64,000 nucleotides of DNA, from positions 133,982,001 to 134,046,000 of the forward strand of contig NC_042998.1 in NCBI RefSeq assembly GCF_006345805.1, given 5' to 3'. The position numbers and the translations under genes are program-made. Below, piece by piece: positions 51,313 through 64,000 of this stretch. The notes under the pieces are model-generated. The model was not told the origin of the DNA. It was given only the letters and a program-made list of their open reading frames with translations, and did no database searches. Within the stretch, counting starts at the first letter, position 1. Each line of letters starts with the position of its first letter. The stretch comes from Octopus sinensis. Lineage: Eukaryota.

Positions 51313-52085
51313 ATACTCACGTTTTCTTTTACTTTTTTTTTCGTTTTATATCTTACTGTTTGCATCACCATACCTATCTATGTATGTGTGTGCGTTTGTA
51401 TGCATGAGTATGTGTGAATATATGTACGTTTGTATGTATGTATGTATGTATGTATGTATGTATGTATGTATGTATGTATGTATGTATGTATGTATGCATG
51501 TATGCATCTATGCATGTATGCATGCATGCATGCATGTATGTATGTATGTATGTATGTATGTATGTGTTATATTTTCGGTTGGGAAAATGTATGTGAATAT
51601 GTACAGAAGTATGACATCACGATATCAGGTGATCTCACCACAATATCTAGATATGCGAAAACAACTTCAAAGTCATGATTTTTACACGGAAAAACAAAAC
51701 AATGGTATTCACAGCTTACTTTCTCTTGTAATTTATATTCATCATTCATATAAAATGTTCTTTGCCTTTTGAATTTTAATTTCCTCTCGTTTTTCATGTT
51801 TGAAAGTTACGTACTAAACTAATGTTTGCTGAAATCATTATAATTGTTGTTCCTTGAGCAAATTCTATTGTTGTTACTTGTTACTTATGCTGTTAGCACT
51901 GCTCCTACTGAGGTCATATAACTTCCTTGACGCATCTAATTTTCTTTTCTGTGTACGTAGATATACCTTGTACTAAAACAGTTTTTATTGTTATGATTAA
52001 TGTGATTAGTGCTTTCTTTTGATGCTGCCGTTTTACCTTATCTAAACAATTATTATTATCATTATTATTACTATTATTATCATTT

Positions 52086-53006
52086 TAACTCAGATTTTTT
52101 TGGAACTCCTAGAGTATTGCATGCGTAGCGAGCTTGCTAACTTTCAGCCTATGATACCATGCTATCTGTTCTTTTCAACTATCTAATATTTTTCTGATGA
52201 TTGTGGCTGTGCCAAGTACGGAAACCTTTTGTAACGGCTCTACTGGACACTCTCTTCCGATTTCCTTTATATTTCTCTTGATGGTTTGTAATACTGCCCT
52301 CAAGGACCCAACAATAATTGGCTCTCTCTTTACCTTCTTCATTTTCCACAATCGAGCTATCTCGTATTTAGGAGGTTGTATATGTCTATATTTTCGTCTT
52401 CTTTCTTGACTATTTGTGTGTCCAAGAGGCACACAAGATCAATTATAGAGCACATGTAGTTTACCTTGTTCACCACCACCAGGTCCGGCTTGTTGTGCTT
52501 AAGCACCTGGTCTGTTTAGATTGGGAAATCCTACTGGATTTTGCAGGTCTCCGACTCCGTGATTCTCTGTACTTTGTTCTCATACCACTTCTTGCTTCTC
52601 TCTCTAACTCCCACTTTTCACAAAGTTTCCAATGTAGCACTTTCGCAACGTCAGCGTGTCGCCACAACTTGGTTTGGGGTAAATCGAGGGCATTCATTCA
52701 CGATATGGAGAATAGTTCCGTCAACTTTTTTGCAGATTCGACATAACGGAGACACATGCTCATTGCTAAGGTTGATCCTCCAATTTGTGGCCAAAGCTTG
52801 GTCTTGAGCGGCCAGTGTTGTGCACTCGGTCTCTCTTTTCAGTGTTCCCTTCTTCAACCAGTCCCACCTACGTTTTCCAGCAACTTCAGTTGTGGTTACA
52901 TAGATATGATTGCACAGTCCCTTGTTGCGTAGTGCTTCTTCATGTCTTTCTTTTACTTCTTGTTTTGTCCTTTTCTTTTTTTTCCTGATTTCAATCCCCC
53001 CTCATT

Positions 53007-53070
<64 letters not shown>

Positions 53071-54545
53071 ACACACACAGACACACACATACACTTTTTT
53101 GTGAACAACTTCAAATTATCCATGAATAGCAGGTGATTAAGCTTTCCTTTACCTTTGCCCAGATCGTACCTCAAGTTTGTCTTCTCCAGTATTTCACTCA
53201 AAGAAATCATTGATACCACAAAGATTAGTGGGAATACACTACCCCCCGTGATGATTCCTCTCCTAATTTTCACTTCTTATTCCTGATTCCCTGCTGTCTA
53301 TTTAGTTCTCCAAAATGTCATACTATTCCATAAAAGGCATTTCATGTTTTATGCTACTCCTTACAATTCCATAGTTCTTCTTACCCAAGATTGTGGTATC
53401 ATACCGTATGCCTTACGATAATCAACCCATGCCATGCTTAGATTTGTCTTCTCTTGCAATTTTGGAGCATTAGTTTATCAATTAACAGCTGATCTTTCGT
53501 TCCCTGACCCCTCTTTCGGCAACCTTTCTGTTCAATAGGTAGTAGCCCAAATGTTTCGAAGTATTCATACAGTTCAGCAGCCAAAAGACCTGACAATAGT
53601 CTCCATATTAACAGAAATCACGTTATTGCTCGAAAGTTGGATACAATGATACCTTTTGCAAGCTCCTTGATACATAACGCTCCTTTTGTAATCCAGTCGA
53701 GCATTGAACCTTCTACAAATATTTATCCAGCTGTTCTGCTATTCTTTCATGGGGACCTCTCAGATTTTTCATCCAATAACTTTGGACAGCATCCAGACTT
53801 GGGCTCTTACAACTTGGAACTTTATCTGTCTTTTTATCTTTTCTGTATTTATTTTTATGCTGTCTTGACCTTGTATATTTCTTAATTTATTTTGGATTTC
53901 ATGCAGCCACTCCGCTACCGGCTGATCCCAAATTTCTCCCCAGAATTCTCTGCTTTCGTCTGCATCAGATATCAATGTTAGGTGCACTTGCCTATCTAGT
54001 TCCTCAAACAGTTTCTTTATATTATTGGCTTCGAACAATCTGTTCTGTTTGATTTGTTTTGTTCTATTGTCATACCATTACAGTTTTGCCTTTGATTGCT
54101 ACTGCCCTTTGTTTCAATTCTTCCAATATTACATCATTATCGTTATGTCTTAATCTCTATGTTCTTTCTAGTCTTATTCTTATACTTTCGTTTAGCAATT
54201 CTCCTCTTTTTAATCTATCAATTTGTCCCAAATGTCTTTTTTAACTCTGTTCGTTTCTCACCAATTCGTCTCCACCGGTATGGATCTTTACATACTATCT
54301 GTTCTCTTCTTCTGTATCCAACTCTTTTACCGGCAACCTTAGCTGCAGCCTTGATAATGTTGTAGGCTTCAGTTAATTTTACCGTCTGAAAGAGTCCAAA
54401 AACAAAATCTATCTTTTGGGTTTCTGCTTTTAATTTGCGCCTGTCAACATACCTCAGACTGGTGGTGGTGGTGGTGGTGGTGGGTGATCATGGTCTTCTC
54501 TAATATGTTGCCACATCATCCTCACTTATGTCTTTTAAATACTAT
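52086..54545 (-). mobile_element. Decayed R4/Dong-type non-LTR retrotransposon (RT, CCHC, REL endonuclease)
   Basis: ESREFWGEIW; GII.G.SVFPLIFV and LNHLLFMDNLKLF (RT); LKRETE..AAQDQAL; CRICKKVDGTILHIVNECP (CCHC); RHADVAKVLHWKLC; EPIIVGSL..LQKVSVLGTATIIRKIL*. The 3' end abuts (TAT)n at 52051-52085; a (CT)n(CA)n tract interrupts it at ~53005-53095. Confidence 0.9.
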
Positions 54546-54704
54546 GTTTACCACGCCGTTACCTTGTAAATCCGCTGTTTGCAATGTTTCATCATCTTTT
54601 GTCGTTGTAACAAACAAACGAAATATTTACCGTAGTTATTGAAATGTTTTTTTCTGTTTTCAATTGAAACCTAACGGCTATGATAAAAGTTATTTGTTCA
54701 AATG

Positions 54705-54975
54705 CTACCGAGGTAACTTTGCCGTCTGTGCTTTTCATCCTTTCGGGGTTGATAAATTAAGTACCAGTTGCGTACTGGAGTCGATCTAGTCGAATGACCC
54801 ACTCCCCCAAAATTTCGGTCCTTGTGCCTAGAGTAAAAATTCCACATGAGTTCAAATTCTGCCGAGGTCGACTTTCGGAGTCGATGAAATAAGTACCAGT
54901 AATACACTGGGATCAATGTAATCAACTAACCCTCTTCCCAAAGAAATTTCAGGCCTTCTGCCTATAGTAGAAAGG
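54705..54975 (+). mobile_element. SINE family A fragments (two partial units)
   Basis: Core ttttcatcctttcggggttgataaattaagtaccag and gagttcaaattctgccgaggtcgac; tail ..tttcaggcctt..cctatagtagaaaggattatt. Confidence 0.75.
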
Positions 54976-55817
54976 ATTATTATTGTTGTTCTTGTTGTTG
55001 TGTTAATAGCAGCAATACATTGCTTCGAGTCGCTCGTAATTTTGTTCGTCTGTTTATGCGTTCAAAAGCTAATACTTCTTGAAATATTATCGTATAAAAT
55101 TTCTTAAAGCAAACAGAACATAGGGTTAGTTAGATTTCTCTGTTTACCGCCTCTTTGAGGCTCAAAGTTGTTGCAAACATTTTCAAATTTTATTTTGAAA
55201 ATGCATATTTTTGACAAACACTTGCCAACCTCCACAGCCAGTAAACGGAAGGGGGAGATTGGAGGTGACTCACAAAGACAGGTGCAGCAAGTGTCAAAGT
55301 ACTTCACCAGGTTCATAGAAGAGAAAGAGATCGTTTGTCAAGCGTTCTAAGTTCAAAGTCCAATTGATATAGCGGCAAACGACAGTAGCATCAACAACAA
55401 TACTAATACAATAATACCAACAACAGCACTAACAAAAGCAACAAGAACAACGACATTAGCAGCTATGGTAGCATTCTGCTCATCGAAGTGGAGTGGGAAG
55501 TTCCGTGTTGAAAGTTCAAATTTCAAAAAATTGTACTACTGCTATAAACGGCAAACGACAGTAGCGGTGAAAAGCAAGACAATAAGATCAGTAACAACAT
55601 TAACAAAAGTAACAACATCAGCAACAGCAAGGATAGCAAAGACACCAGCGGTGGCAGCAACGGCAAAAATAAGAAAAGCAGCAATGACAGCTGCGGCAGC
55701 ACTAGTATCAACTGCAATAAAAAATATTAATAGCAGCAGAGACATCAGTAGCAGTAGCTAACAACAACGACAGCAACTACAAAAGTAATAACACCAGCAG
55801 AACGCAAACTAATAACA

Positions 55818-56316
55818 CCTATTTCTTTAGTACCCACAAGGGGCTAAACACAGAGAGGACAAGCAAGGACTGACAAATGGGTTAAGTCGATTATATCAAC
55901 CCCAGTGCGTAACTGGTACTTATTTAATCGGGCGGTGAGCTGGCAGTAAGGGCGGCGAGCTGGCAGAATCGTTAGCACGCCGGGCGAAATGCGTAGCCGT
56001 ATTTCGTCTGTCTTTATGTTCTGAGTTCAAATTCCGCCGATGTCGACTTTGCCTTTCATCCTTTCGGGGTCGATTAAATAAGTACCAGTTACGCACTGGG
56101 GTCGATGTAATCGACTTAATACCTATGTCTGTCCTTGTTTGTCCCCTCTATGTTTAGCCCCTTGTGGGTAATAAAGAAATAAGTACTTATTTAATCGACC
56201 CCGAAAGGATGAAAAGCAAAGTCGACCTCGGTGGAATTTGAACTCAGAACGTAGCGGCAGACGAAATACTGCTAAGCATTTCGCCAGCGTGCTAACGTAT
56301 CTGCCAGCTCGCCGCC
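55818..56316 (-). mobile_element. SINE family A copy interrupted by an opposite-strand family A copy
   Basis: Tail 55818-55930; core and head resume at 56183-56316. Confidence 0.85.
55931..56182 (+). mobile_element. SINE family A, nested, 15-bp TSD, duplicated 5' head
   Basis: TSD gtacttatttaatcg at 55916-55930 and 56183-56197; ggcggtgagctggcagtaag precedes ggcggcgagctggcagaatcg. Confidence 0.88.
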
Positions 56317-57086
56317 TTAAACTAATAACACCACATACAACAACAACATCAATACTAGCAAGGCTGCCTTCGCTGGACTATAGTCTCCATAAGGGAACCA
56401 TACAGTTTTTTTTTTACTACGAGAGAAATGGGAGAAATTAGACGTCACTCGATTTAAGAAGATTTAAGGGAAAAGAGCAGAGTTTTCGCGCCCTCCTAAA
56501 ACTCTTGTTGCAACTGTTGTGTGTGATTAAAAATTTGTCATCCTACGGCAACGCAGTTCGGCGGGGTCAAAAATCCGTCCTGCACGCGATTATTGCTGGC
56601 TTGATAGAGTGATGTCTACCACCTGCTATCATGTATATGATAGACCCGGCTATCAACCACTCTATCGTGAAAATTGTCCTGCTGCCTTCCATTGGCCGTG
56701 AAGATCCGGCAGTTTTCCTGGCTGATGGCTACGGCGAATGGTTAAGTAATGAACGTGACAGAAAATACTGAAGGGAGACACTTTCATTTACAGCGAAGCT
56801 GTCATCGGTTTTTTAAAATTCACTTGGAAAGGAAAGTGAGGGTGGGATGAGAGGAGCTACCTTCAGTAAATTTGTAAATGTAGCGACAACGTCCCGAGTG
56901 AATTAATCATACTAAGTATGATCTTGTAGACTAAACGGTACAGAGCAGGGAAGAGCACTAACTGTAGACTTCCTGATGAGCAGGATGACTCGGGATCTGT
57001 CGGATTCTTTAGTCACCTAAGTAGTGTTCCTCCTATTGAGGAATTTTGTTATAATCCTCTTGTCAATTGTTATTGTTATTGTTATC

Positions 57087-57660
57087 GCCGAGGTCGACTT
57101 TGCCTTTCATCCTTTCAGGGTCGATAAATTAAGTGCCAGTTCAGTAATGGAATCGATGTGAACGACTGTGCCCCTCCCCAGAAAATCCAGGCCTTGTGCC
57201 TATAGTAGAAAGGATTATGGATGACAGATTTACGTTCTGATTAAAATTACGCTGTGGTCGACTTTGCCTTTCATCCTTTCAGGGTCGATAAATTAAATAC
57301 CTGTGAAATTCTAGGATCGATGTAATCGACTAGTCCCCTCCCACAAAAAAACTTCAGGCCTTGTACCTATAATAGAGAGAATTATTATTATTATGGCTGG
57401 TAGGTTTACGTTCTGAGATAAAATTCTGCCGACGCCGACTTAGCCCTTCATCCTTCCGAGGTCGATAAAATAAGTACCAGCTGATCACTGAGGTCGATGT
57501 AATCGACTGAACACCCTACCTGAAAATTTCAGGCCTATTGCCTATAGTAGAAAGGATTATTATGGCTGGTGAGATAAAATCGGCAGTGCAGCAAAAAAGG
57601 CCTCACGGTATTTAATTGTGATTCTAAGTTCAAATTCCACCCAAGCCCTCTTCGCCTATC
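57087..57660 (+). mobile_element. Diverged tandem array of headless family A units (about 3.5 units)
   Basis: gtcgactttgcc-like motif at 57093, 57257 and 57434 (periods 164 and 177), each followed by ..aggccttgtgcctatagtagaaaggatt-like tails. Confidence 0.8.
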
Positions 57661-57984
57661 ATTCTTCCATAGTTGGTAAAACAGGTATCATCCAAGTATT
57701 TGTTATAATCAATTGCTTTACACCCTTTGCCCAAAGTGCGCACTCGTTATATGTATCACAAATAGGTCAATTGATATAATATCGGACAAACCAGATAAAA
57801 ATTCTCTGAAATCTGTAGTTACATCCCATTATGTTTTGAGTTCAGATCCTGTCGGTATCGACTTTACGTTTCTTGTCTTTGGTGTCGACATAAGTATAAG
57901 TAACATACTGGAAGATGATTCCATGGAATATAAAGCCTCATCCATTCAAATGTGTATTTCTATGTTTCAGTTTGAAATTATTAC

Positions 57985-57986
57985 AT

Positions 57987-58068
<82 letters not shown>

Positions 58069-58077
58069 ATACATACG

Positions 58078-58141
<64 letters not shown>

Positions 58142-58143
58142 CG

Positions 58144-58188
<45 letters not shown>

Positions 58189-58304
58189 GTATATATACAT
58201 TCATACTATATATATATATATATTATATATATATATATACATATGTATATATATATTATATATATATATATATACTATATATATATATAGATATATATAT
58301 ATAT

Positions 58305-58377
<73 letters not shown>

Positions 58378-58391
58378 GTATATATACATTC

Positions 58392-58426
<35 letters not shown>

Positions 58427-58550
58427 AATACATACATATGTATATATATATTATATATATATATATATATATACGTACATACATACATACATATGTATAT
58501 ACACATAATAATAATACGCGCACACACACACACACACACACATGTATATA
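57985..58550. repeat. Large (TA)n/(CA)n compound microsatellite
   Basis: Directly visible; explains the 280-aa ORF in the track. Confidence 0.9.
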
Positions 58551-60345
58551 TATGAATAGAATGTGGCATTGTGACTTTACTTAGATATTTTTCACAATAC
58601 CCTAGACTAACGAGTTATTATAGTAATAAACCAGTAATGCTCTTTAAAATGGCTGGTAGTTAGTTAAAGAACAATGGAAGGGCGGAAGGAAGAAAGGACA
58701 GAAGGATATGGAAGAAAGACAGAAAAGAAGTAAAAGAAAGAAAGAAGGAAAGCAAAATAGAAAGAAAGAAAGATAAATGTAGAGACATAGGCTGATAAAT
58801 AGACAGATAGCTAGATAAACAAGAAAAGAAGTCAGTTACAACCAGTTACATTTCTGAAAGAATACCAGGTATTTCACAATGTTTGATGTCGCAGTGAGGG
58901 CGGGGTGCGTTGAAATGTGGCATTTAATCTCACAATACTGGTTTTATTTTGTTTATGTTAAAACATTTCTTTTGTTTATATTGTTTTTATTCACCTTTTT
59001 TTGTTTCTGTTTTTAAAAAAAAAGTCTTTTTTATGATGTACAGTGTTTTCATTTAAGATTGACAATGTATCATTGTTGTAAGGTTTGATTATTTTTACGA
59101 TATTTTTTACTGGGTATTTCGGTGGAGTATGGTATGGTATGGGATGGCTGAGTGTAGAGTACTGTGTGGGTGTGCTGTTGTATGTTGTAAAGTGGTACTG
59201 GCGCTGGCATGTTGTGGTTATGCATTACACTTGATTCTGCTGCATACAGTACAATGCTGTTTGGAGCCGTGAATATGATGGGGTTTACTGTATAGTATGG
59301 TGCTGTTTGGTGTCATAAGGTATTTTGTGGTATATGAAATTGTATCGAATGAGGTAGCATGATGTACAGTAGTGAATTGCAATGTGGTCTAGTTTAATAT
59401 AGTTGTAAGGTATGGTTTAATATATAGTCACCTGCGGTCAAATTTCAGGCCTTGTGCCTTTAGTAGAAAATATATTCTTGGAAATTCATTCTATCTGTGT
59501 TTGTGATGTACTGTATTGTGATGTCGTATACAGTGGTGTGTCTTTCGGGTTTGTGCTGAAGTTTGGATAGTCTGATGCAGAGCATTGTACTGCGATGATG
59601 TCATATAGTATCTATTTATCATATGATACAATACGTTGAGCTAAATTATAGTGTAGTATTAGCGTCTATGCGCTACCGTGATGTTATATAATGTGGTGAT
59701 TGAATTGTTGTTCGTCCGTGTGTGAAGTACAGAGATGCTTCATGAAATTCATTAACACTACTCCTGTCAGTCAATGCAACCTTACCTCTTTATAACACAT
59801 TTACTGTTCACATTTCTGCCTATTTGCGTTTTATTCTGTGAATCATGCATGTACTTTTAGCTTCCATGGCCCTCTTTTTCTTTTATGCTGCTGGTTTCTG
59901 TACCCTCCTTTACCCTTTTCCGACGAATTGTAGTGCACGTAAGCATTGTATACTATAACTAGCACTATGACCCGGCAACGCTGGGTCATACTTCTAGTGC
60001 ATGCATATACAGCTGCGTGCGTGCGCACATACACGCGAGTACTGTCCAAATCTCCGACCAATCACATACAGCTTGCTGGCATTCAATTGGCGTATCAAGT
60101 TTCGGGCATTTTCATTGGGTCTTGGATAGAAAATTTTTAAAAAGTCACTTCTATTGATTTTTTAATGGCTTTGCGGGGTGACTGGGGAAATGTAAAGATA
60201 TGCACGACCACCCTTGGACGGTTGTGAATGACTGGGGAAAGTGCGAGCCCTCTAACTAAAGAATTGTGGATTTGTATAAAGGACACACACACAGACATTT
60301 TGCCGTTTATATAGAGAGAGATAACATTGTTATTATAAATAATTG

Positions 60346-60930
60346 TTTCTTTACTACCCACAAGGAGCTAAACACAGAGAGGACAAACAAGGACAGACAA
60401 ACGGATTAAGTCGGTTATATCGACTCCAGTGCGTAACTGGTACTTATTTAATCGACCCCGAAAGGATGAAAGGCCGAAATAATGAAGGCGCAAACTGGCA
60501 GAATCATTAGCACGCCAGGCAAAATGCTTAACGTCGTTTGGTCCATCTTTACGTTCTGGGTTCAAATGCAGCCGAGGTCGACTTTGCCTTTCTTGCTATT
60601 GAGATCGATAATATAAGTCTCAGTTGAGCACTGGGGTTGATCTAATCGATTTAGCCTCTCGCTTGAAATTGCTGGCCTTGTACCAAAATTTGACGCTATT
60701 CATTACACATAATTAAAGCGGTGAACTGACAGAATTGTTCGTGCACTAGACAAAGTGCTTAACAGTATTTCGTTCGTCTTTTACGTTCAAATGCCGCCGA
60801 GATCAACTTTGCATTTCACCCGTTCGAAATCGATAAAATACGTACCAGTTGAGCAGTGCGGTCGATGTAATCGGGATGCACCCTCTCGCAAATTTTCAGA
60901 CCTTGTGCTTAAAGTAGAAAAGATTATTAG
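60346..60930. mobile_element. Cluster of three family A SINE copies (60346-60476 minus, 60485-60693 plus, 60716-60930 plus)
   Basis: Recognisable head, core and tail segments at different divergence levels. Confidence 0.8.
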
Positions 60931-61275
60931 TGTAATGTCGTGTAACAAAGTGTTGTTTTGTTTTTATCTGTTTTATGAAATAAGCTATGGGGTTGTTCTG
61001 CGATTCTGATGTTGTGTAGCAAAGTGTGGCGATTTGTTCTGTGTTATGGCATTACATAATATGAAGGCTGAGATAACCTGGTGTAATGTTGCTCTTTTAT
61101 TTTACATCTTAGCAAATGTCAAGTGTCTTTTAGTGAGTTAAACCTAAATACCGAAGGTGTTTCTGGAGAGAGTTTATCAACTACATCATCTCCAATATCA
61201 ACAGTTCCATCAAAACCGACACTAACACAGATGAGGTGTTATTATAACGTAATAATCAATTGTGCGTGTGTGTGT

Positions 61276-61341
<66 letters not shown>

Positions 61342-61418
61342 GTGTGTGTCACGTACTTTCATGTTCTGAGTTTAAATCCTGTAGATGTTTAGGTGTCGGC
61401 AACATAAGTACCAATGAA

Positions 61419-61631
61419 GGCGGCGAGCTGGCAGAATCGTTAGCACGCCGGTCAAAATACTTAGCGGCATTTCATCCGGCTTTACGTTCTGACTCCAAAA
61501 ATACACCGAGATCGACTTCGCCTTTCGTCCTTCCGGAATCGATAAAATAAGTACCAGTGAAGTACTGAGGTGGATGTAATCGACTTACTCCTTCTCCATA
61601 AATTGCTGGCCTTGTACCAAAATTTGAAACC
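61419..61631 (+). mobile_element. SINE family A copy
   Basis: ggcggcgagctggcagaatcgttagcacgccgg.. core ..tgctggccttgtaccaaaatttgaaac. Confidence 0.85.
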
Positions 61632-61873
61632 AGTGTAAATACCAATCAAATACCACGGTCGATTTAATCAATGTGAGGTCCTGCATAATTTTTGACCATC
61701 TCACTTCCTCTTTCTCTCTCCCCTCTCTCTCTCTTCTCTCTCTCTCTCTCTCTGTATCTGCCTCTCTCTCTTTCTCTCTTTCTCTCTCTGCATCTATCAA
61801 TCTCTCTGTCTACCTATGTATATTCATGTACGTAAGTATATATGTATACCTATGTACATATATATGTATATAT

Positions 61874-62070
61874 ATAGTTGACATTTACAGAAAAACAATA
61901 GACGAAGACAGGTGTATAAACAACAAACAGGTGTATTAGTTTAACACTCGGGAAGGTGAGAAAGTCATTTACGTTTCGAGCCCCTCGCTCTTCAACAGAA
62001 AGGAACACGAGGAAATAAACAGAGAGAGAATTTTTAAAATCTTTTGGAGTTAGCGGTCAATCATGGCGGC
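61874..62070 (-). mobile_element. ~197-nt HHR-bearing mini-element (family D2-like) in TA-rich microsatellite
   Basis: Minus strand CCUUU CUGUUGA A GAGC-GAGGG-GCUC GAAA C GUA AAUGA (62002-61965); shares the atagtt terminus and gcggtc motif with D1. Confidence 0.7.
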
Positions 62071-62073
62071 TGG

Positions 62074-62126
<53 letters not shown>

Positions 62127-62197
62127 TATGGGTATATATATATGGGTATATATATATATATACATATACACATATATATGGGTATATATATAGGTTG

Positions 62198-62229
<32 letters not shown>

Positions 62230-62485
62230 CACACACATATATTATATATATATATACACATATATATATACATATATATATATGTATGTGTATGCATATG
62301 TATATACGTGTGTGTGTATATATACATATATATATATAATGTGTGTGTGCATTTATATGTGTATATGTGTATATTTATATATCTGTATATATGTATATAT
62401 ATATATATATATTCATATATATATATACACACACACATAAATAAATATTTACATATATATAGACACAAATATATATACATATATA

Positions 62486-62714
62486 TTTCTTTACTACCCA
62501 CAAGGGGCTAAACATAGAGGGGACAAACAAGGACAGACAAACGGATTAAGTCGATTACATCGACCCCAGTGCGAAAATGGTACTTTATTTATCGACCCCG
62601 AAAGGATGAAAGGCAAAGTCGACCTCGATGGAATTTGAACTCAGAACGTAACGACAGACGAAATACCGCTAAGCATTTCGCCCGGCGCGCTAACGTTTCT
62701 GCCAGCTCGCAGCC
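62486..62714 (-). mobile_element. SINE family A, full length
   Basis: Low-divergence reverse complement of the 36671-36905 copy. Confidence 0.9.
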
Positions 62715-63383
62715 CTATATATATATAGGCACACATACATATATACACACACACACACATACGCACACACACTTATACGTATGTGTGAGTGCTCCTCGAA
62801 GATAAAAATATAAATATATACACACATCTATTCCCCTTCATCAACAGGGCTCAGAGAGGTACTTAGTTATTCAAAATATATACGTTTATATACTACATTC
62901 GTAAATGACTTAAGTAAAATAAAAAAAAATAAATAAATAAACGAGATAAGATGTAAACAAAATTGATATGACGTAAATTTTGAACGAAATCTCTCTTGAG
63001 GAAGGCTCTCTACATCGATGTGACTAGTGGATTTGGTTTTATAGTTTTCACCACGGAATTGGAGCTATATAGCCATAAAAATTCGTTAAATACGTCAGTT
63101 AAGTATTTCCGTGGAAAAGCCTATGAGAAAGCTTAGTTGAGCGACAATATAAAATATGTAATGAACTAAAAACCTATAAAGATATGCATATTAAAATTCA
63201 CACGTTTCGTTTTTCTAAGGTCAATATTTTGTTATGATAAAGATATATGTGTGGAGGGGTGTATGTGTATATAGATTTGTGTATACACATACATGCCTAC
63301 ACACACATACACACACTCTCTCTCTCTCTCTCACTTATTTACTCACTCACACAGATGCATATATGAATATATAAGTACATGCA

Positions 63384-63415
<32 letters not shown>

Positions 63416-63435
63416 CGCCTCCGTAAATGCTGCAT

Positions 63436-63510
63436 CGCTAAGTTATGGGGACGTAAACAAACCAACACCGATTGTCAAGAGGTTATGAGGGACAAACATA
63501 AGCACAAAGA
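63436..63510 (-). mobile_element. SINE family C internal fragment
   Basis: cgctaagttatggggacgtaaacaaaccaacaccgattgtcaag is the reverse complement of 827-870. Confidence 0.7.
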
Positions 63511-64000
63511 TATACACAAAAATATACATATATACATACATACATATACATGTATGTATGTACGTATGTATATCTATATGTGTGTGTGTGCCTTTGTGCT
63601 GTTACATATGTATGTGTGTATGTATGTATCCGTCCTTTTTGACAGGTCTTTGTTTTTTGTCCTACTTTGTTTCTAGCAACCCTCCTCACCAGACAAACCT
63701 AGTTGTGCTGCCGGTTTAGTCACCAATCACCCGACCATTCGACAGTTGGTACTGAATACTATGTTACCAGTAGCACTGATGAGAGACCTTTTAAGTAACC
63801 TTACGTAGGACGGATGAACCAATTGTATGTTCAACGACTGTCTAGCAATAGCACAGGCCCACAGAAATTCTGGGTTGGTGTCCGGCGTGCTGGAAGACGG
63901 CTGGGAGTGAGGCACCTTTTAGCTTTTGTTAAAGCATGTCTCTTGGAGAAAGTCACTCTGATATAAAACCAGATATGCAGGGAATGGTATTGAAACTTTT

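Noticed and set aside
56970-57000. CTGATGA as a hammerhead core (also 63775)
   Set aside because: No downstream stem II plus GAAA or NUH found.
57713-58555. Longest ORF in the track (280 aa) and the many YI/VC/TH-repeat ORFs
   Set aside because: Read-through of (TA)n, (CA)n and (TATG)n microsatellites, which lack stop codons in some frames; no domain content.
59100-59700. TGTAG/TGGTA-rich periodic sequence (also 22780-22950 and 60940-61100)
   Set aside because: Best explained as decayed pentanucleotide microsatellite; no discrete unit boundaries.

Overview
AT-rich eukaryotic non-coding DNA, saturated with microsatellites and transposon debris. The SINE families and repeat density suggest a coleoid cephalopod, probably an octopus (inference from recall, not checked). 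No intact host gene is recognisable, and nearly all ORF-track entries are microsatellite read-throughs. Supportable content: a decayed Ty3/Gypsy element (2.7-7.0 kb, minus), R4/Dong-, Tx1-, CR1/L2- and RTE-type LINE fragments, a Penelope GIY-YIG remnant, about 25 tRNA-derived SINE copies or fragments of at least four families (some tandem or nested, three with clear TSDs), and several MITE/mariner/Tigger remnants. The main signal no ORF explains is a set of type I hammerhead-ribozyme (HHR) motifs of the Penelope-like kind. They occur in (i) discrete ~200-nt elements sitting in (TA)n tracts and (ii) long near-perfect palindromes in a 37-40.4 kb hotspot whose symmetry axes lie in or beside the ribozyme motif. 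Family labels A, B, C, D and F are my own working labels. Coordinates were read by eye; boundaries of decayed elements are approximate.
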